Positions 1 to 14,700 of a DNA stretch of 64,000 nt are shown piece after piece. Both the position numbers and the translations under genes were made by a program. The DNA lies in contig OZ024746.1 of NCBI GenBank assembly GCA_964016885.1, positions 101,060,001-101,124,000 on the forward strand, given 5' to 3'. Under the pieces are notes generated by a model. It did not search any database. It was not told where the DNA came from and saw only the letters and a program-made list of their open reading frames with translations. The number at the start of each line of letters is the position of its first letter. The first letter of the stretch is position 1. This stretch comes from Eledone cirrhosa. Lineage: Eukaryota.

Positions 1-179
1 ACATGTTGCAAAGGACTTTTTCTCCTGGAAAACAGGGAGAAGGGGGAATCCTCAGACCTGCCTCCCCTCCCAGAGTTTTCATTACTTTCTAACTCTAATC
101 TCTCCCCCCCCCCCCCAGAGGGGAGGTTCCGAGGAACAACAAAGAGCTTCTCTCTCAGAGTGAAGGGTAGACTATAATA

Positions 180-560
180 CTTGTGTACAACCTGAAATGC
201 TACATAGCAATGAGAAATGAGCCTTGAATGCAGAAGATCTGTGAATGCCAGAAAGAAATGAAGCCAGCATGTTCCAGTGCATGTGTAATGTTAGTGTGCA
301 TGAATGATGTAACATAACCAAGCAGAGAGAGAATCTGATGTAGTGTGCATGGGGGAAGATTGTTCTGGTATAGACATGTGATATGTAGGGAAGATGACTT
401 CTGTTGTATAAAGAAGTGCTGAGATATCTTAGATTGGATTAGTGGTAGACCAAAGAAGACATGGGATGAATTAATGAAGATTGCCATTCTTAGGCAGCTG
501 AACCTCACTGCAGAGATAACAAAGGACTGATAACAAATAGCTACTGAAGATAATCCATTT
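180..560 (+). mobile_element. Degenerate RTE LINE 3' fragment
   Basis: Decayed similarity to the ERNEA.ML.WMC...WYGHV...KKC...GRPKKTW region of the other RTE copies in the window. Confidence 0.65.
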
Positions 561-734
561 CTGCTGTAGTGTCCACTACCCCCCCCCCCACTCTGAAGAT
601 GCCCCCCCCCCCATTTCTGCTGTAGTATCCACCATCCCCCCTCTCCCCATAAATATAACCATTTATTTTTTTCAGTTGCTTTCAAACACTCAAATTCATT
701 TTTTTTATTGTTTTAACCTTTAATATTTCTCCAG

Positions 735-941
735 AAAAAACTTCAACAGCAGCACAGAGAAAAGAGAATGTCTTTTATCAGCAGACAGGATGAAATACGA
801 GAGCAGACAATGAAACAGTTAAAAGAAGAGAATGCCTACAAATTTCATAACAACTTAGAAAACTTAATCGAAGAAAGAAGATTTAATCGTCGGATTGCCC
901 TTGAGATAAAGGAGAAAGAAATAGAAGAAAATCTTGAATAT
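735..941 (+). CDS. MNS1: MNS1 coding exon A (first visible)
   Basis: Acceptor tttctccag at 734, reads KKLQQQHREKRMSFISRQDE...EIEENLEY, donor gtgagg at 942, phase 0. Joins in frame to exon B. Coiled-coil composition. Confidence 0.8.
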
Positions 942-1592
942 GTGAGGTTTTGTTATTTTTATTTACTTAAAAGGATGATTTGCAGTAACATCATCATCGT
1001 TTAATGTCTATCTTCCACGCTAGCATGGGTTAGATGGGCTAGCATGGGTTAGCAGTAACAGTAGAATATTTAATGCTGCCTAATTAAAAGACATCATTAT
1101 TTCTATTTACTAGGGGTCGATTTAATCGACTTTCCCCTCCCCTAAAATTGCTGGCCTTGTGTCTATATAGGAAACCAATATTTCTATTTACTTGTTTCTT
1201 GAGAGGTTTAATTTTGTAACTTTTCTATTACAAAGAATGTAGTAGAATTTTGGTTGACATACAATGTTCAAGATTAATGGATAATGTAAAAGTAAAACTG
1301 ATACTGCAACATTCAAGGACATTTTTTCGCTATATATTCTAACAGTGTATAGTTGTCTATATTTGACCCCATTACTAAATGACTTTTATTTCTTTTATTG
1401 GAGTAGATGTGTTATGTGTTGAAATATTTAGTTACATTGTTTTAGATAAAAAATTCCAACCTTTTTAGGATTGACTTTGTACTGATACCAGTCACATAGA
1501 ACATTTGAATTATATTCTCTTGAAAAACTACTAGTTTTGATGAGATTTTGAAACCAATAGTCAATATTAATACCACACACACATACACACCC

Positions 1593-1628
<36 letters not shown>

Positions 1629-1654
1629 GAAAGAAGATAGGACCCTGATTCCCT

Positions 1655-2289
1655 CGGGGAAGTGGACCTACTCAATATGTTGAAAAGGAGTAGGCATCTA
1701 TACAATGTACACAAGTGATGTAGTGGGATAACAGATAGGGAAGACATTGTAGATATACAAGGTAAATCGAGGGGAAGAGGATCAGTGAAATAAACCTTTT
1801 TGAATCACAGGAGGATGTCATAGCTTCCGTTGTCTAGGTGACTTAGCAGCAGAAGAGGGTGCAGCTAGAATAAGGATACGATAGAAGTTTGGAGAGCTAC
1901 TCCCACTTTTGACAACAAAAGGTTTCTCACTATGTATGAAAGGATGACTGTATGGTGCATGTGTGTGGGGTGCGATGTCACATGGTAGTGAGACATGGGT
2001 GAGAGAAAGAGAGAGCCTGGATGAACTGAGGGAGAAACTGGGTTTCAGAGGAATCAGAAGTGGTGTACAAGGGAGAAGACTGCGTTGGTATGGACATGTG
2101 ATGTATACGGAAAATAGTCGCTGGGTGATGCCAGGAGATCCCAGTGGAGGGAAGCTGCAAGTTAGATGAAGGAAAACGTTGGCAGAGGTGGTGAGAGCTG
2201 ACCTCAAATCACTGAGACTCACAGACTTGCAGAGATGAAGAAACGTGGCAAGCATGGAAAAATGTACATAAAAATGATGATGATGATGT
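1655..2289 (+). mobile_element. RTE LINE 3' fragment with (ATG)n tail
   Basis: Reads HGSETW...LREKLGFRGIRSGVQGRRLRWYGHVM and ends gcaagcatggaaaa...atgatgatg. Confidence 0.8.
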
Positions 2290-3120
2290 ATATATATAAC
2301 TGGTTGGGTGAGGCACCTGCCTGCTATTGGTACCATGTAACCCAGTACAACCTGCTTCATGATCGAGTGGTCAGCGACGAAACCTGCTTCCTCACCAGGG
2401 CCTCATGAGGAGAGTAAGTGGAACCCCAGCTGCACTAAAAACAAGAGCTGTTAAAGGGCAGATGAATTCCTCAGAGTTGACAGCTATCCACCCCAACTAT
2501 GGGTTAAATAGCCTGACCAATCCACAATTGGCCAAGTGGGGTGAGTACGGCTACACTCCTGACATGACAAAACTAAACAGGTGGTGGAGGTCAGCCAGGG
2601 AGGGGTTCTTCCAACAGCAGTGAAAAGGCCCTGGATTTAGAAATATATATAGATAGATAAATATAATGAGAATGGAATAACCCTCTTTTATTTTTTGGTA
2701 AGGTGTGTTAAGCTCAATGTGTTAATAAAGTTGACAGCATGCAGAGATCCAAGTTCAAGGTATACTCCTCCAAAGTGTTAAGGTATTGGTAGAAGGCTGT
2801 AAACCGCAGAGATCCAAGTTCAAGGTATACTCCAAAGTGATATGGTATTGGAAGCCGCAGAGCTTCAATAGTTAATATAAAACAAGAAACCAAGGTTTTT
2901 AATCTCTACAAATGTTTCAATGGGGATAAGCTCTGTGTCGGCACATGGAATTGATGAATTAATCAGTCAGAGATCAAAATCAATAATTTAGGTTTCACCA
3001 AAGTATAGATTACCATTTCTTCAGGAAAAAATAAATAGAAATATTGATTCTCTTTATACATCCACGAGATTAGAAAAAATAAAATAAAGGCAATTTATAG
3101 AAGAGTGAATAAAGCACCTA

Positions 3121-3303
3121 ATAATTGTTTCCACTTTTGGTACAAGGCCAGCAATTACCCAGTACATTACTGGTACTTTATTTTATCGACTCCATAAGGA
3201 TGGAAGGCAAAGTTAACCTCAGTGGGATTTGAACTCAGAACACAAAGGGCCATAACTCTATGCTGCAAAGCCTGGCATCCAACCCTCTATCGATACTGCA
3301 AAT
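3121..3303 (-). mobile_element. Same SINE family (antisense)
   Basis: Reverse complement aligns along its length with the copy at 30547-30730. Confidence 0.82.
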
Positions 3304-3318
3304 AACACTGTGCTAACA

Positions 3319-6300
3319 CAGTGATTCTCAACCAGTGTGCCGCAAAATTTTGAATGGCACAAATTTCTCACTAAAGAAGCCAGCTATTTGACTGATGAAA
3401 TTCAAAACACTGCAATGAAGTAAGTTCATAGCTGTGTTTTTCTTTATTTAGTTTGAGTCATTCTATGTCTATGACTAGTCTGTCTACAGTTGTATGCCGT
3501 CTATGACTTGTCTGTGTCTACAGTTGTATGCCGTCTATGACTAGTCTGTGTCTACGGTTGTATGCCGTCTATGACTAGTCTGTGTCTACAGTTGTATGCC
3601 GTCTATGACTAGCCTGTGTCTACAGTTGTATGCCGTCTATGACTAACCTGTGTCTACGGTTGTATGCCATCTATGACTAGTCTGTGTCTACGGTTGTATG
3701 CCGTCTATGACTAGTCTGTGTCTACGGTTGTATGCCGTCTATGACTAGTCTGTGTCTACGGTTGTATGCCGTCTATGACTAGTCTGTGTCTACGGTTGTA
3801 TGCCGTCTATGACTAGTCTGTGTCTACGGTTGTATGCCGTCTATGACTAGTCTGTGTCTACAGTTGTATGCCGTCTATGACTAGTCTGTCTACAGTTGAA
3901 TGCCATCTGTGACTAGTCTATGTCTACAGTTGTATACCGTCTATGACTAGTCTGTGTCTACGGTTGTATGCCGTCTATGACTAGTCTGTGTCTACAGTTG
4001 TATGCCGTCTATGACTAGTCTGTCTACAGTTGTATGCCGTCTATGACTATTCTGTGTCTACAGTTGTATGCCGTCTATGACTAGTCTGTCTACAGTGGCA
4101 TGCCGTCTATGACTATTCTGTGTCTACAGTTGTATGCCGTCTATGACTAGTCTGTGTCTACAGTTGTATGCCGTCTATGACTAGTCTGTCTACAGTTGTA
4201 TGCCGTCTATGACTAGTCTGTCTACAGTTGTATGCCGTCTATGACTAGTCTGTGTCTACAGTGGTATGCCGTCTATGACTAGTCTGTGTCTCCTGTTATA
4301 TACCATCTATGACTAGTCTGTGTCTACGGTTGTATGCCGTCTATGACTAGTCTGTGTCTACAGTTGTATGCCGTCTATGACTAGTCTGTCTACAGTTGTA
4401 TGCCGTCTATGACTAGTCTGTGTCTACGGTTGTATGCCGTCTATGACTAGTCTGTGTCTACGGTTGTATGCCGTCTATGACTAGTCTGTGTCTACAGTTG
4501 TATGCCGTCTATGACTAGTCTGTGTCTACAGTTGTATGCCGTCTATGACTAGTCTGTCTACAGTGGTATGCCGTCTATGACTAGTCTGTCTACGGTTGTA
4601 TGCCGTCTATGACTAGTCTGTCTACAGTTGTATGCCGTCTATGACTAGTCTGTGTCTACGATTGTATGCCGTCTATGACTAGTCTGTGTCTACGCTTGTA
4701 TGCCGTCTATGACTTGTCTGTGTCTACAGTTGTATGCCGTCTATGACTAGTCTGTCTACAGTTGTATGCCGTCTATGACTAGTCTGTGTCTACAGTTGTA
4801 TGCCGTCTATGACTAGTCTGTGTCTACAGTTGTATGCCGTCTATGACTAGTCTGTCTACAGTGGTATGCCGTCTATGACTAGTCTGTGTCTACCGTTGTA
4901 TGCCGTCTATGACTAGTCTGTGTCTACAGTTGTATGCCGTCTATGACTAGTCTGTCTACAGTGGTATGCCGTCTATGACTAGTCTGTGTCTACGGTTGTA
5001 TGCCATCTATGACTAGTCTGTGTCTACGGTTGTATGCCGTCTATGACTAGTCTGTCTACAGTGGTATGCCGTCTATGACTAGTCTGTGTCTACGGTTGTA
5101 TGCCGTCTATGACTTGTCTGTCTCCAGTGGTATGCCGTTTATGACTAGTCTGTGTCTACGGTTGTATGCCGTCTATGACTAGTCTGTGTCTATGGTTGTA
5201 TGCCATCTATGACTAGTCTGTGTCTACGGTTGTATGCCGTCTATGACTAGTCTGTGTCTACGGTTGTATGCCATCTATGACTAGTCTTTGTCTACGGTTG
5301 TATGCCGTCTATGACTAGTCTGTGTCTACAGTTGTATGCCATCTATGACTAGTCTGTGTCTACGGTTGTATGCCATTTATGACTAGTCTGTCTACAGTGG
5401 TATGCCGTCTATGACTAGTCTGTGTCTACCGTTGTATGCCGTCTATGACTAGTCTGTGTCTACAGTTGTATACCGTCTATGACTAGCCTGTGTCTACAGT
5501 TGTATGCCGTTTATGACTAGTCTGTGTATACCGTTGTATACCTTCTATGACTAGTCTGTATCTACAGTTGTATACCGTCTATGGCTTGTCTGTGTCTACG
5601 GTTGTATGCCGTTTATGACTAGTCTGTCTATACCGTTGTATACCTTCTATGACTAGTCTGTATCTACAGTTGTATACCGTCTATGACTTGTCTGTGTCTA
5701 CGGTTGTATGCCGTTTATGACTAGTCTGTGTATACCGTTGTATACCTTCTATGACTAGTCTGTGTCTACAGTTGTATGCCGTCTATGACTAGTCTGTGTC
5801 TACAGTGGTATGCCGTCTATGACTAGTCTGTGTCTACAGTTGTATGCCGTCTATGACTAGTCTGTCTACAGTGGTATGCCGTCTATGACTAGTCTGTGTC
5901 TACGGTTGTATGCCGTCTATGACTAGTCTGTGTCTACAGTTGTATGGCGTCTATGACTAGTCTGTGTCTACGGTTGTATGCCATCTATGACTAGTCTGTG
6001 TCTACAGTTGTATACCGTCTATGACTAGTCTGTGTCTACAGTTGTATGCCGCCTATGAATAGTCTGTGTCTACAGTTGTATACCATCTATGACTTGTCTC
6101 TGTCTACAGTTGTATGCCGTCTATGACTAGTCTGTGTCTACAGTTGTATGCCGTCTATGACTAGTCTGTGTCTACAGTTGTATGCCGTCTATGACCTGTC
6201 TGTGTCGACAGTTGTAGGCCGTCTATGACTAGTCTGTGTCTACAGTTGTATACCATCTTTGACTTGTCTCTGTCTACAGTTGTATGCCGTCTATGACTAG

Positions 6301-7764
6301 TCTGTGTCTACAGTTGTATACCGTCTATGACTAGTCTGTGTCTACAGTTGTATGCCGTCTATGACTAGTCTGTATCTACAGTTGTATGCCGTCTATGACC
6401 TGTCTGTGTCGACAGTTGTATGCCGTCTATGACTAGTCTGTGTCTACAGTTGTATACCATCTATGACTTGTCTGTGTCTACAGTTGTATACCATCTATGA
6501 CTTGTCTCTGTCTACAGTTGTATACCGTCTATGACTAGTCTGTGTCTACAGTTGTATGCCGTCTATGACCTGTCTGTGTCTACAGTTGTATACCGTCTAT
6601 GACTAGTCTTTGTCTACTGTTGTATACCGTCTATGACTAGTCTGTGTCTACAGTCGTATACCGTCTATGACTAGTCTGTGTCTACAGTTGTATACCTTCT
6701 ATGACTAGTCTGTGTCTACAGTTGTATACCGTCTATGACTAGTCTGTGTCTACAGTTGTATGCCGTCTATGACCTGTCTGTGTCTACAGTTGTATGCCGT
6801 CTATGACTAGTCTGTGTCTACAGTTGTATACCATCTATGACTTGTCTCTGTCTACAGTTGTATACAGTCTATGACTAGTCTGTGTCTACAGTTGTATGCC
6901 GTCTATGACCTGTCTGTGTCTACAGTTGTATACCGTCTATGACTAGTCTGTGTCTACTGTTGTATACCGTCTATGACTAGTCTCTGTCTACTGTTGTATA
7001 CCGCCTATGACTACAGTTCTATACCGTCTATGTCTACAGTTGTATGCCGTCTATGACTTGTCTGTGTCTACGGTTGTATACCGTCTATGACTAGTCTCTG
7101 TCTACTGTTGTATACCGCCTATGACTACAGTTCTATACCGTCTATGTCTACAGTTGTATGCCGTCTATGACTTGTCTGTGTCTACGGTTGTATACCGTCT
7201 ATGACTAGTCTCTGTCTACTGTTGTATACCGTCTATGACTAGTCTATGTCTACGGTTGTATACCGTCTATGACTAGTCTCTGTCTACTGTTGTATACCGC
7301 CTATGACTAGTCTGTGTCTACAGTTGTATACCGTCTATGACTTGTCTGTGTCTACTGTTGTATACCGCCTATGACTAGTCTGTGTCTACAGTTGTATACC
7401 GTCTATGACTAGTCTATGTCTACGGTTTATGCCGTCTATGACTAGTCTGTGTCTACAGTTGTATACCGCCTATGACTAGTCTGTGTCTACAGTTGTATAC
7501 CGCCTATGACTAGTCTGTGTCTACAGTTGTATACTGTCTATGACTTGTCTGTGTCTACGGTTGTATGCCATCTATGACTAGTCTCTGTCTACAGTTGTAT
7601 ACCGCCTATGACTAGTCTGTGTCTACGGTTGTATACCGTCTATGACTTGCCATGTTTTTATTTTGTAAAATTCAAATATTTTTCATATATATTTATCCAG
7701 GTGTCCCGCTATTTTTTCATGTGTTCCAAGGTGTGCCATTGGCAAAAAAAGTTGAGAACCACTG
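3319..7764. mobile_element. Non-autonomous hAT (Charlie/SPIN-like) element enclosing the 34-bp array
   Basis: TIRs CAGTGATTCTCAAC (3319-3332) and GTTGAGAACCACTG (7751-7764) match 13/14. 8-bp TSD tgctaaca (3311-3318) / tgctagca (7765-7772). Confidence 0.8.
3469..7649. repeat. 34-bp minisatellite (CTATGACTAGTCTGTGTCTACAGTTGTATGCCGT), with 32-bp variants, about 120 copies
   Basis: Directly visible head-to-tail units with no spacers. Confidence 0.97.
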
Positions 7765-7959
7765 TGCTAGCAAATAGGAAGGGTTGCCAATTACCTGTTA
7801 TATAGATAATAAGTTTGTTGCTGTTAGGTAAATCACCTATTATGAATATACAGTAATATGGTATAATTAATTAAAGTCTGATCTATAATCAATATTAAAT
7901 AAAATCAGTCAAGGAAGTTGGGAAAGGTGTATTAGGTTATTATAATTTACCATGTAGGG

Positions 7960-8500
7960 TCATGCTAGGGAGTGTGAATTTTTATGTAGGCAAGTGGAGA
8001 AAATTTCAGATTTTCTGTTTTAGATTGGAGAATGAGATTTGACTATTAAGAAGCATTCAGTGAGACACAAATTACATCCACGGTTTCCCAGCTAGTGGGC
8101 TACTTTAACTATATCCCATTTAAGGGAGTACTCGATATTAGTTTCTTTCAATTCCCATATTTAATGCGCTAATGAGGTAGAACTTTTTAATTTATTCTTA
8201 AATGAGTGAAGATGCACATAATATAATATCATGACTTGAAGATATTTGGGGTTGCACCAATATAAACTTTTGTGCAGGTGGATATAGAGACAGTACATTG
8301 GAACACTATTTTGAGTAAGACCATTGCTGTTGAGGGGGAGTGTCATGGAGTTTCTGCAGTTACAATTGTGGCTACATATTTGATTCCTAAGTGAATTAGA
8401 GTGCGGACACTGGTTAGTTGAAGGAGATTCTCCTGGGTTTATGTTAGCATGATTTAACCACTTTGATGTATTTATACTGCTTATATTATAAGTATTGTCT
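7960..8500 (-). mobile_element. Penelope-like element GIY-YIG endonuclease remnant
   Basis: Reads PLNSNGLTQN...KVYIGAT..FKS*Y...HSFKNK...STSLAH*IWELK...LKWDI...CNLCLTE...NRKSEIFSTCLHK. Confidence 0.78.
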
Positions 8501-8700
8501 AATTCCTTATATATTTTTGAGTTTTCTATTATTGCTGGAGGTTAACACTTTAGCATTTAAACCAGCCATATCCGGCCAGAATTCTCTCACCTTCTGTTCA
8601 AACTGGCCATAACTGGCCGATTATACTGATATTATCATATTGTTGACAAAATAAATGACATCAAAATCTTGTACATTCAATATTATGTGAGATAAAGCAT

Positions 8701-11700
8701 TTACCACTACCACCACTACCACCACTACCATCACTACAACCACTACCACCACTACCATCCCTACCACCACTACCACCACTGCCACCACTGCCACCACTAC
8801 CACCACTACCATCACTACCACCACTACCACCACTACCATCCCTACCACCACTACCACCACTACCACCACTACCATCACTACCACCACTACCACCACTACC
8901 ACCACTGCCACCACTACCACCACTACCACCACTACCATCCCTACCATCACTACCACCACTACCACCACTGCCACCACTACCACCACTACCATCACTACCA
9001 CCACTACCACCACTACCATCCCTACCACCACTACCACCACTACCACCACTACCATCACTACCATCACTACCACCCCTACCACCACTACCATCCCTACCAC
9101 CACTACCACCACTACCACAACTACCATCCCTACCATCACTACCACCACTACCACCACTACCATCCCTACCACCACTACCACCACTACCACCACTACCATC
9201 ACTACCACCACTACCACCACTGCCACCACTACCACAACTACCATCCCTACCATCACTACCACCACTACCATCCCTACCACCACTACCACCACTACCACCA
9301 CTACCATCACTACCACCACTACCACCACTACCATCCCTACCACCACTACCATCCCTACCACCACTACCATCACTACCATCACTACCACCCCTACCACCAC
9401 TACCATCCCTACCACCACTACCACCACTACCATCACTACCATCACTACCACCACTACCATCACTACCACCACTACCATCAATACCACCACTACCATCACT
9501 ACAACCACTACCACCACTACCATCCCTACCATCACTACCACCACTACCATCACTACCATTCCTACCACCACTACCATCACTACCACCACTACCACCACTA
9601 CCATCCCTACCATCCCTACCACCACTACCACCACTACCATCCCTACCATCCCTACCACCACTACCATCACTACCATCACTACCATCACTACCACCACTAC
9701 CATCCCTACCATCCCTACCATCCCTACCATCACTACCACCACTACCATCACTACCATTCCTACCACCACTACCATCACTACCACCCCTACCACCATTACC
9801 ATCCCTACCACCACTACCACCACTACCATCCCTACCATCCCTACCATCCCTACCACCACTACCATCCCTACCACCACTACCATCCCTACCACCACTACCA
9901 TCCCTACCACCACTACCACCCCTACCACCATTACCATCCCTACCACCACTACCATCCCTACCATCCCTACCACCACTACCATCCCTACCACCACTACCAT
10001 CCCTACCACCACTACCATCCCTACCATCCCTACCACCACTACCATCACTACCATCCCTACCACCACTACCATCCCTACCACCACTACCATCCCTACCATC
10101 CCTACCACCACTACCACCCCTACCACCACTACCATCCCTACCACCACTACCATCCCTACCATCCCTACCACCACTACCATCCCTACCATCCCTACCACCA
10201 CTACCATCCCTACCACCACTACCATCACTACCATCACTACCATCACTACCACCACTACCATCCCTACCACCACTACCATCCCTACCACCACTACCATCCC
10301 TACCACCACTACCATCACTACCATCCCTACCATCCCTACCATCCCTACCATCCCTACCATCCCTACCACCACTACCATCCCTACCATCCCTACCATCCCT
10401 ACCATCACTACCACCACTACCATCCCTACCATCCCTACCACCACTACCATCCCTACCATCCCTACCATCCCTACCACCACTACCACCACTACCATCCCTA
10501 CCATCCCTACTACCATCCCTACCATCCCTACCACCACTACCACCACTACCATCCCTACCATCCCTACCACCACTACCATCCCTACCATCCCTACCATCCC
10601 TACCACCACTACCATCACTACCATCCCTACCATCACTACCACCACTACCATCCCTACCATCCCTACCACCACTACCATCCCTACCATCCCTACCATCCCT
10701 ACCACCACTACCACCACTACCACCACTACCATCCCTACCACCACTACCATCACTACCATCCCTACCATCACTACCACCACTACCATCCCTACCATCCCTA
10801 CCATCCCTACCACCACTACCATCCCTACCATCCCTACCACCACTACCATCACTACCATCCCTACCATCCCTACCATCACTACCATCACTACCACCACTAC
10901 CATCCCTACCATCCCTACCACCACTACCATCCCTACCATCCCTACCACCACTACCACCACTACCACCACTACCATCCCTACCACCACTACCATCACTACC
11001 ATCCCTACCATCCCTACCATCCCTACCATCACTACCATCCCTACCATCCCTACCATCCCTACCATCACTACCACCACTACCATCCCTACCATCCCTACCA
11101 CCACTACCATCACTACCATCCCTACCACCACTACCATCCCTACCATCCCTACCATCACTACCACCACTACCACCACTACCATCCCTACCATCCCTACCAT
11201 CCCTACCATCACTACCACCACTACCATCCCTACCATCCCTACCACCACTACCATCACTACCATCCCTACCACCACTACCATCCCTACCATCACTACCACC
11301 ACTACCATCCCTACCATCCCTACCATCACTACCATCCCTACCACCACTACCATCCCTACCATCCCTACCATCACTACCACCACTACCACCACTACCATCC
11401 CTACCATCCCTACCATCCCTACCATCCCTACCACCACTACCATCACTACCATCCCTACCACCACTACCATCCCTACCATCCCTACCATCACTACCACCAC
11501 TACCACCACTACCATCCCTACCATCCCTACCATCACTACCACCACTACCATCCCTACCATCCCTACCACCACTACCATCACTACCATCCCTACCACCACT
11601 ACCATCCCTACCATCCCTACCATCCCTACCACCACTACCATCCCTACCATCCCTACCACCACTACCATCACTACCATCCCTACCACCACTACCATCCCTA

Positions 11701-14700
11701 CCATCCCTACCATCACTACCACCACTACCATCCCTACCATCCCTACCACCACTACCATCACTACCATCCCTACCACCACTACCATCCCTACCATCCCTAC
11801 CATCACTACCACCACTACCACCACTACCATCCCTACCATCCCTACCATCCCTACCATCACTACCACCACTACCATCCCTACCATCCCTACCACCACTACC
11901 ATCACTACCATCCCTACCACCACTACCATCCCTACCATCCCTACCATCACTACCACCACTACCACCACTACCATCCCTACCATCCCTACCATCACTACCA
12001 CCACTACCACCACTACCATCCCTACCACCACTACCATCACTACCATCCCTACCACCACTACCATCCCTACCATCCCTACCACCACTACCATCACTACCAT
12101 CCCTACCACCACTACCATCACTACCATCCCTACCACCACTACCATCCCTACCATCCCTACCACCACTACCATCCCTACCATCCCTACCATCCCTACCACC
12201 ACTACCATCACTACCATCCCTACCACCACTACCATCCCTACCATCCCTACCATCACTACCACCACTACCACCACTACCATCCCTACCATCACTACCATCC
12301 CTACCATCCCTACCATCACTACCACCACTACCACCACTACCACCACTACCACCACTACCATCCCTACCACCACTACCATCACTACCATCCCTACCACCAC
12401 TACCATCCCTACCATCACTACCATCCCTACCACCACTACCATCACTACCATCCCTACCATCCCTACCACCACTACCATCACTACCATCCCTACCACCACT
12501 ACCATCCCTACCATCCCTACCATCCCTACCATCACTACCATCCCTACCACCACTACCATCCCTACCATCACTACCATCCCTACCATCCCTACCACCACTA
12601 CCATCCCTACCACCACTACCATCACTACCATCCCTACCATCCCTACCATCCCTACCATCCCTACCATCCCTACCACCACTACCATCACTACCATCCCTAC
12701 CACCACTACCATCCCTACCATCACTACCATCCCTACCATCCCTACCACCACTACCATCACTACCATCCCTACCACCACTACCATCACTACCATCCCTACC
12801 ATCCCTACCACCACTACCATCCCTACCATCCCTACCACCACTACCATCCCTACCATCCCTACCATCCCTACCACCACTACCATCACTACCATCCCTACCA
12901 CCACTACCATCCCTACCATCCCTACCATCACTACCACCACTACCATCCCTACCATCCCTACCATCCCTACCACCACTACCACCACTACCACCACTACCAT
13001 CCCTACCACCACTACCATCACTACCATCCCTACCACCACTACCATCCCTACCATCACTACCATCCCTACCATCCCTACCATCACTACCACCACTACCACC
13101 ACTACCATCCCTACCACCACTACCATCACTACCACCACTACCATCCCTACCATCCCTACCAGCACTACCATCCCTACCATCCCTACCATCCCTACCACCA
13201 CTACCATCACTACCATCACTACCATCCCTACCATCACTACCATCCCTACCATCCCTACCATCACTACCACCACTACCATCCCTACCATCACTACCATCCC
13301 TACCATCCCTACCATCACTACCACCACTACCACCACTACCATCCCTACCACCACTACCATCACTACCACCACTACCATCCCTACCATCCCTACCAGCACT
13401 ACCATCCCTACCATCCCTACCATCCCTACCACCACTACCATCACTACCATCACTACCATCCCTACCATCCCTACCATCACTACAACCACTACCATCACTA
13501 CCATCCCTACCACCACTACCATCACTACCACCACTACCATCCCTACCATCCCTACCATCACTACCATCACTACCATCCCTACCATCCCTACCATCACTAC
13601 AACCACTACCACCACTACCATCCCTACCACCACTACCATCACTACCACCACTACCATCCCTACCACCACTACCATCACTACCATCCCTACCACCACTACC
13701 ATCACTACCATCCCTACCACCACTACCATCCCTACCACCACTACCATCACTACCACCACTACCATCACTACCATCCCTACCACCACTACCATCCCTACCA
13801 TCCCTACCATCACTACCACCACTACCATCCCTACCATCACTACCACCACTACCATCACTACCACCACTACCATCACTACCACCACCACCATCCCTACCAC
13901 CACTACCACCACTACCATCACTACCACCACTACCATCACTACCACCACTACCATCCCTACCACCACTACCATCCCTACCATCCCTACCACCACTACCATC
14001 ACTACCATCACTACCACCACTACCATCCCTACCACCACTACCACCACTACCATCCCTACCACCACTACCATCACTACCATCACTACCACCATTACCATCC
14101 CTACCACCACTACCATCCCTACCATCACTACCACCACTACCATCACTACCACCACTACCACCACTACCACCACTACCACCACTACCATCCCTACCACCAC
14201 TACCACCACTACCACCACTACCACCACTACCATCACTACCACCCCTACCACCACTACCACCACTACCATCCCTACCATCACTACCACCACTACCATCACT
14301 ACCACCACTACCACCACTACCACCACTACCATCACTACCATCCCTACCACCACTACCATCACTACCATCCCTACCACCACTACCACCACTACCATCCCTA
14401 CCACCACTACCATCACTACCACCACTACCACCACTACCACGACTACCACCACTACCATCCCTACCACCACTACCACCACTACCACCACTACCATCACTAC
14501 CACCCCTACCACCACTACCACCACTACCATCCCTACCATCACTACCACCACTACCATCACTACCACCACTACCACCACTACCACCACTACCATCACTACC
14601 ATCCCTACCACCACTACCATCACTACCATCCCTACCACCACTACCACCACTACCATCCCTACCACCACTACCATCACTACCACCACTACCATCACTACCA

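Noticed and set aside
2370-2480. Canonical HDV-like ribozyme fold
   Set aside because: A P3/L3-like CTG-CTTCCTCAC-CAG is present, but I could not assign P1, P1.1 and P2 consistently. Kept only as an unassigned conserved leader.
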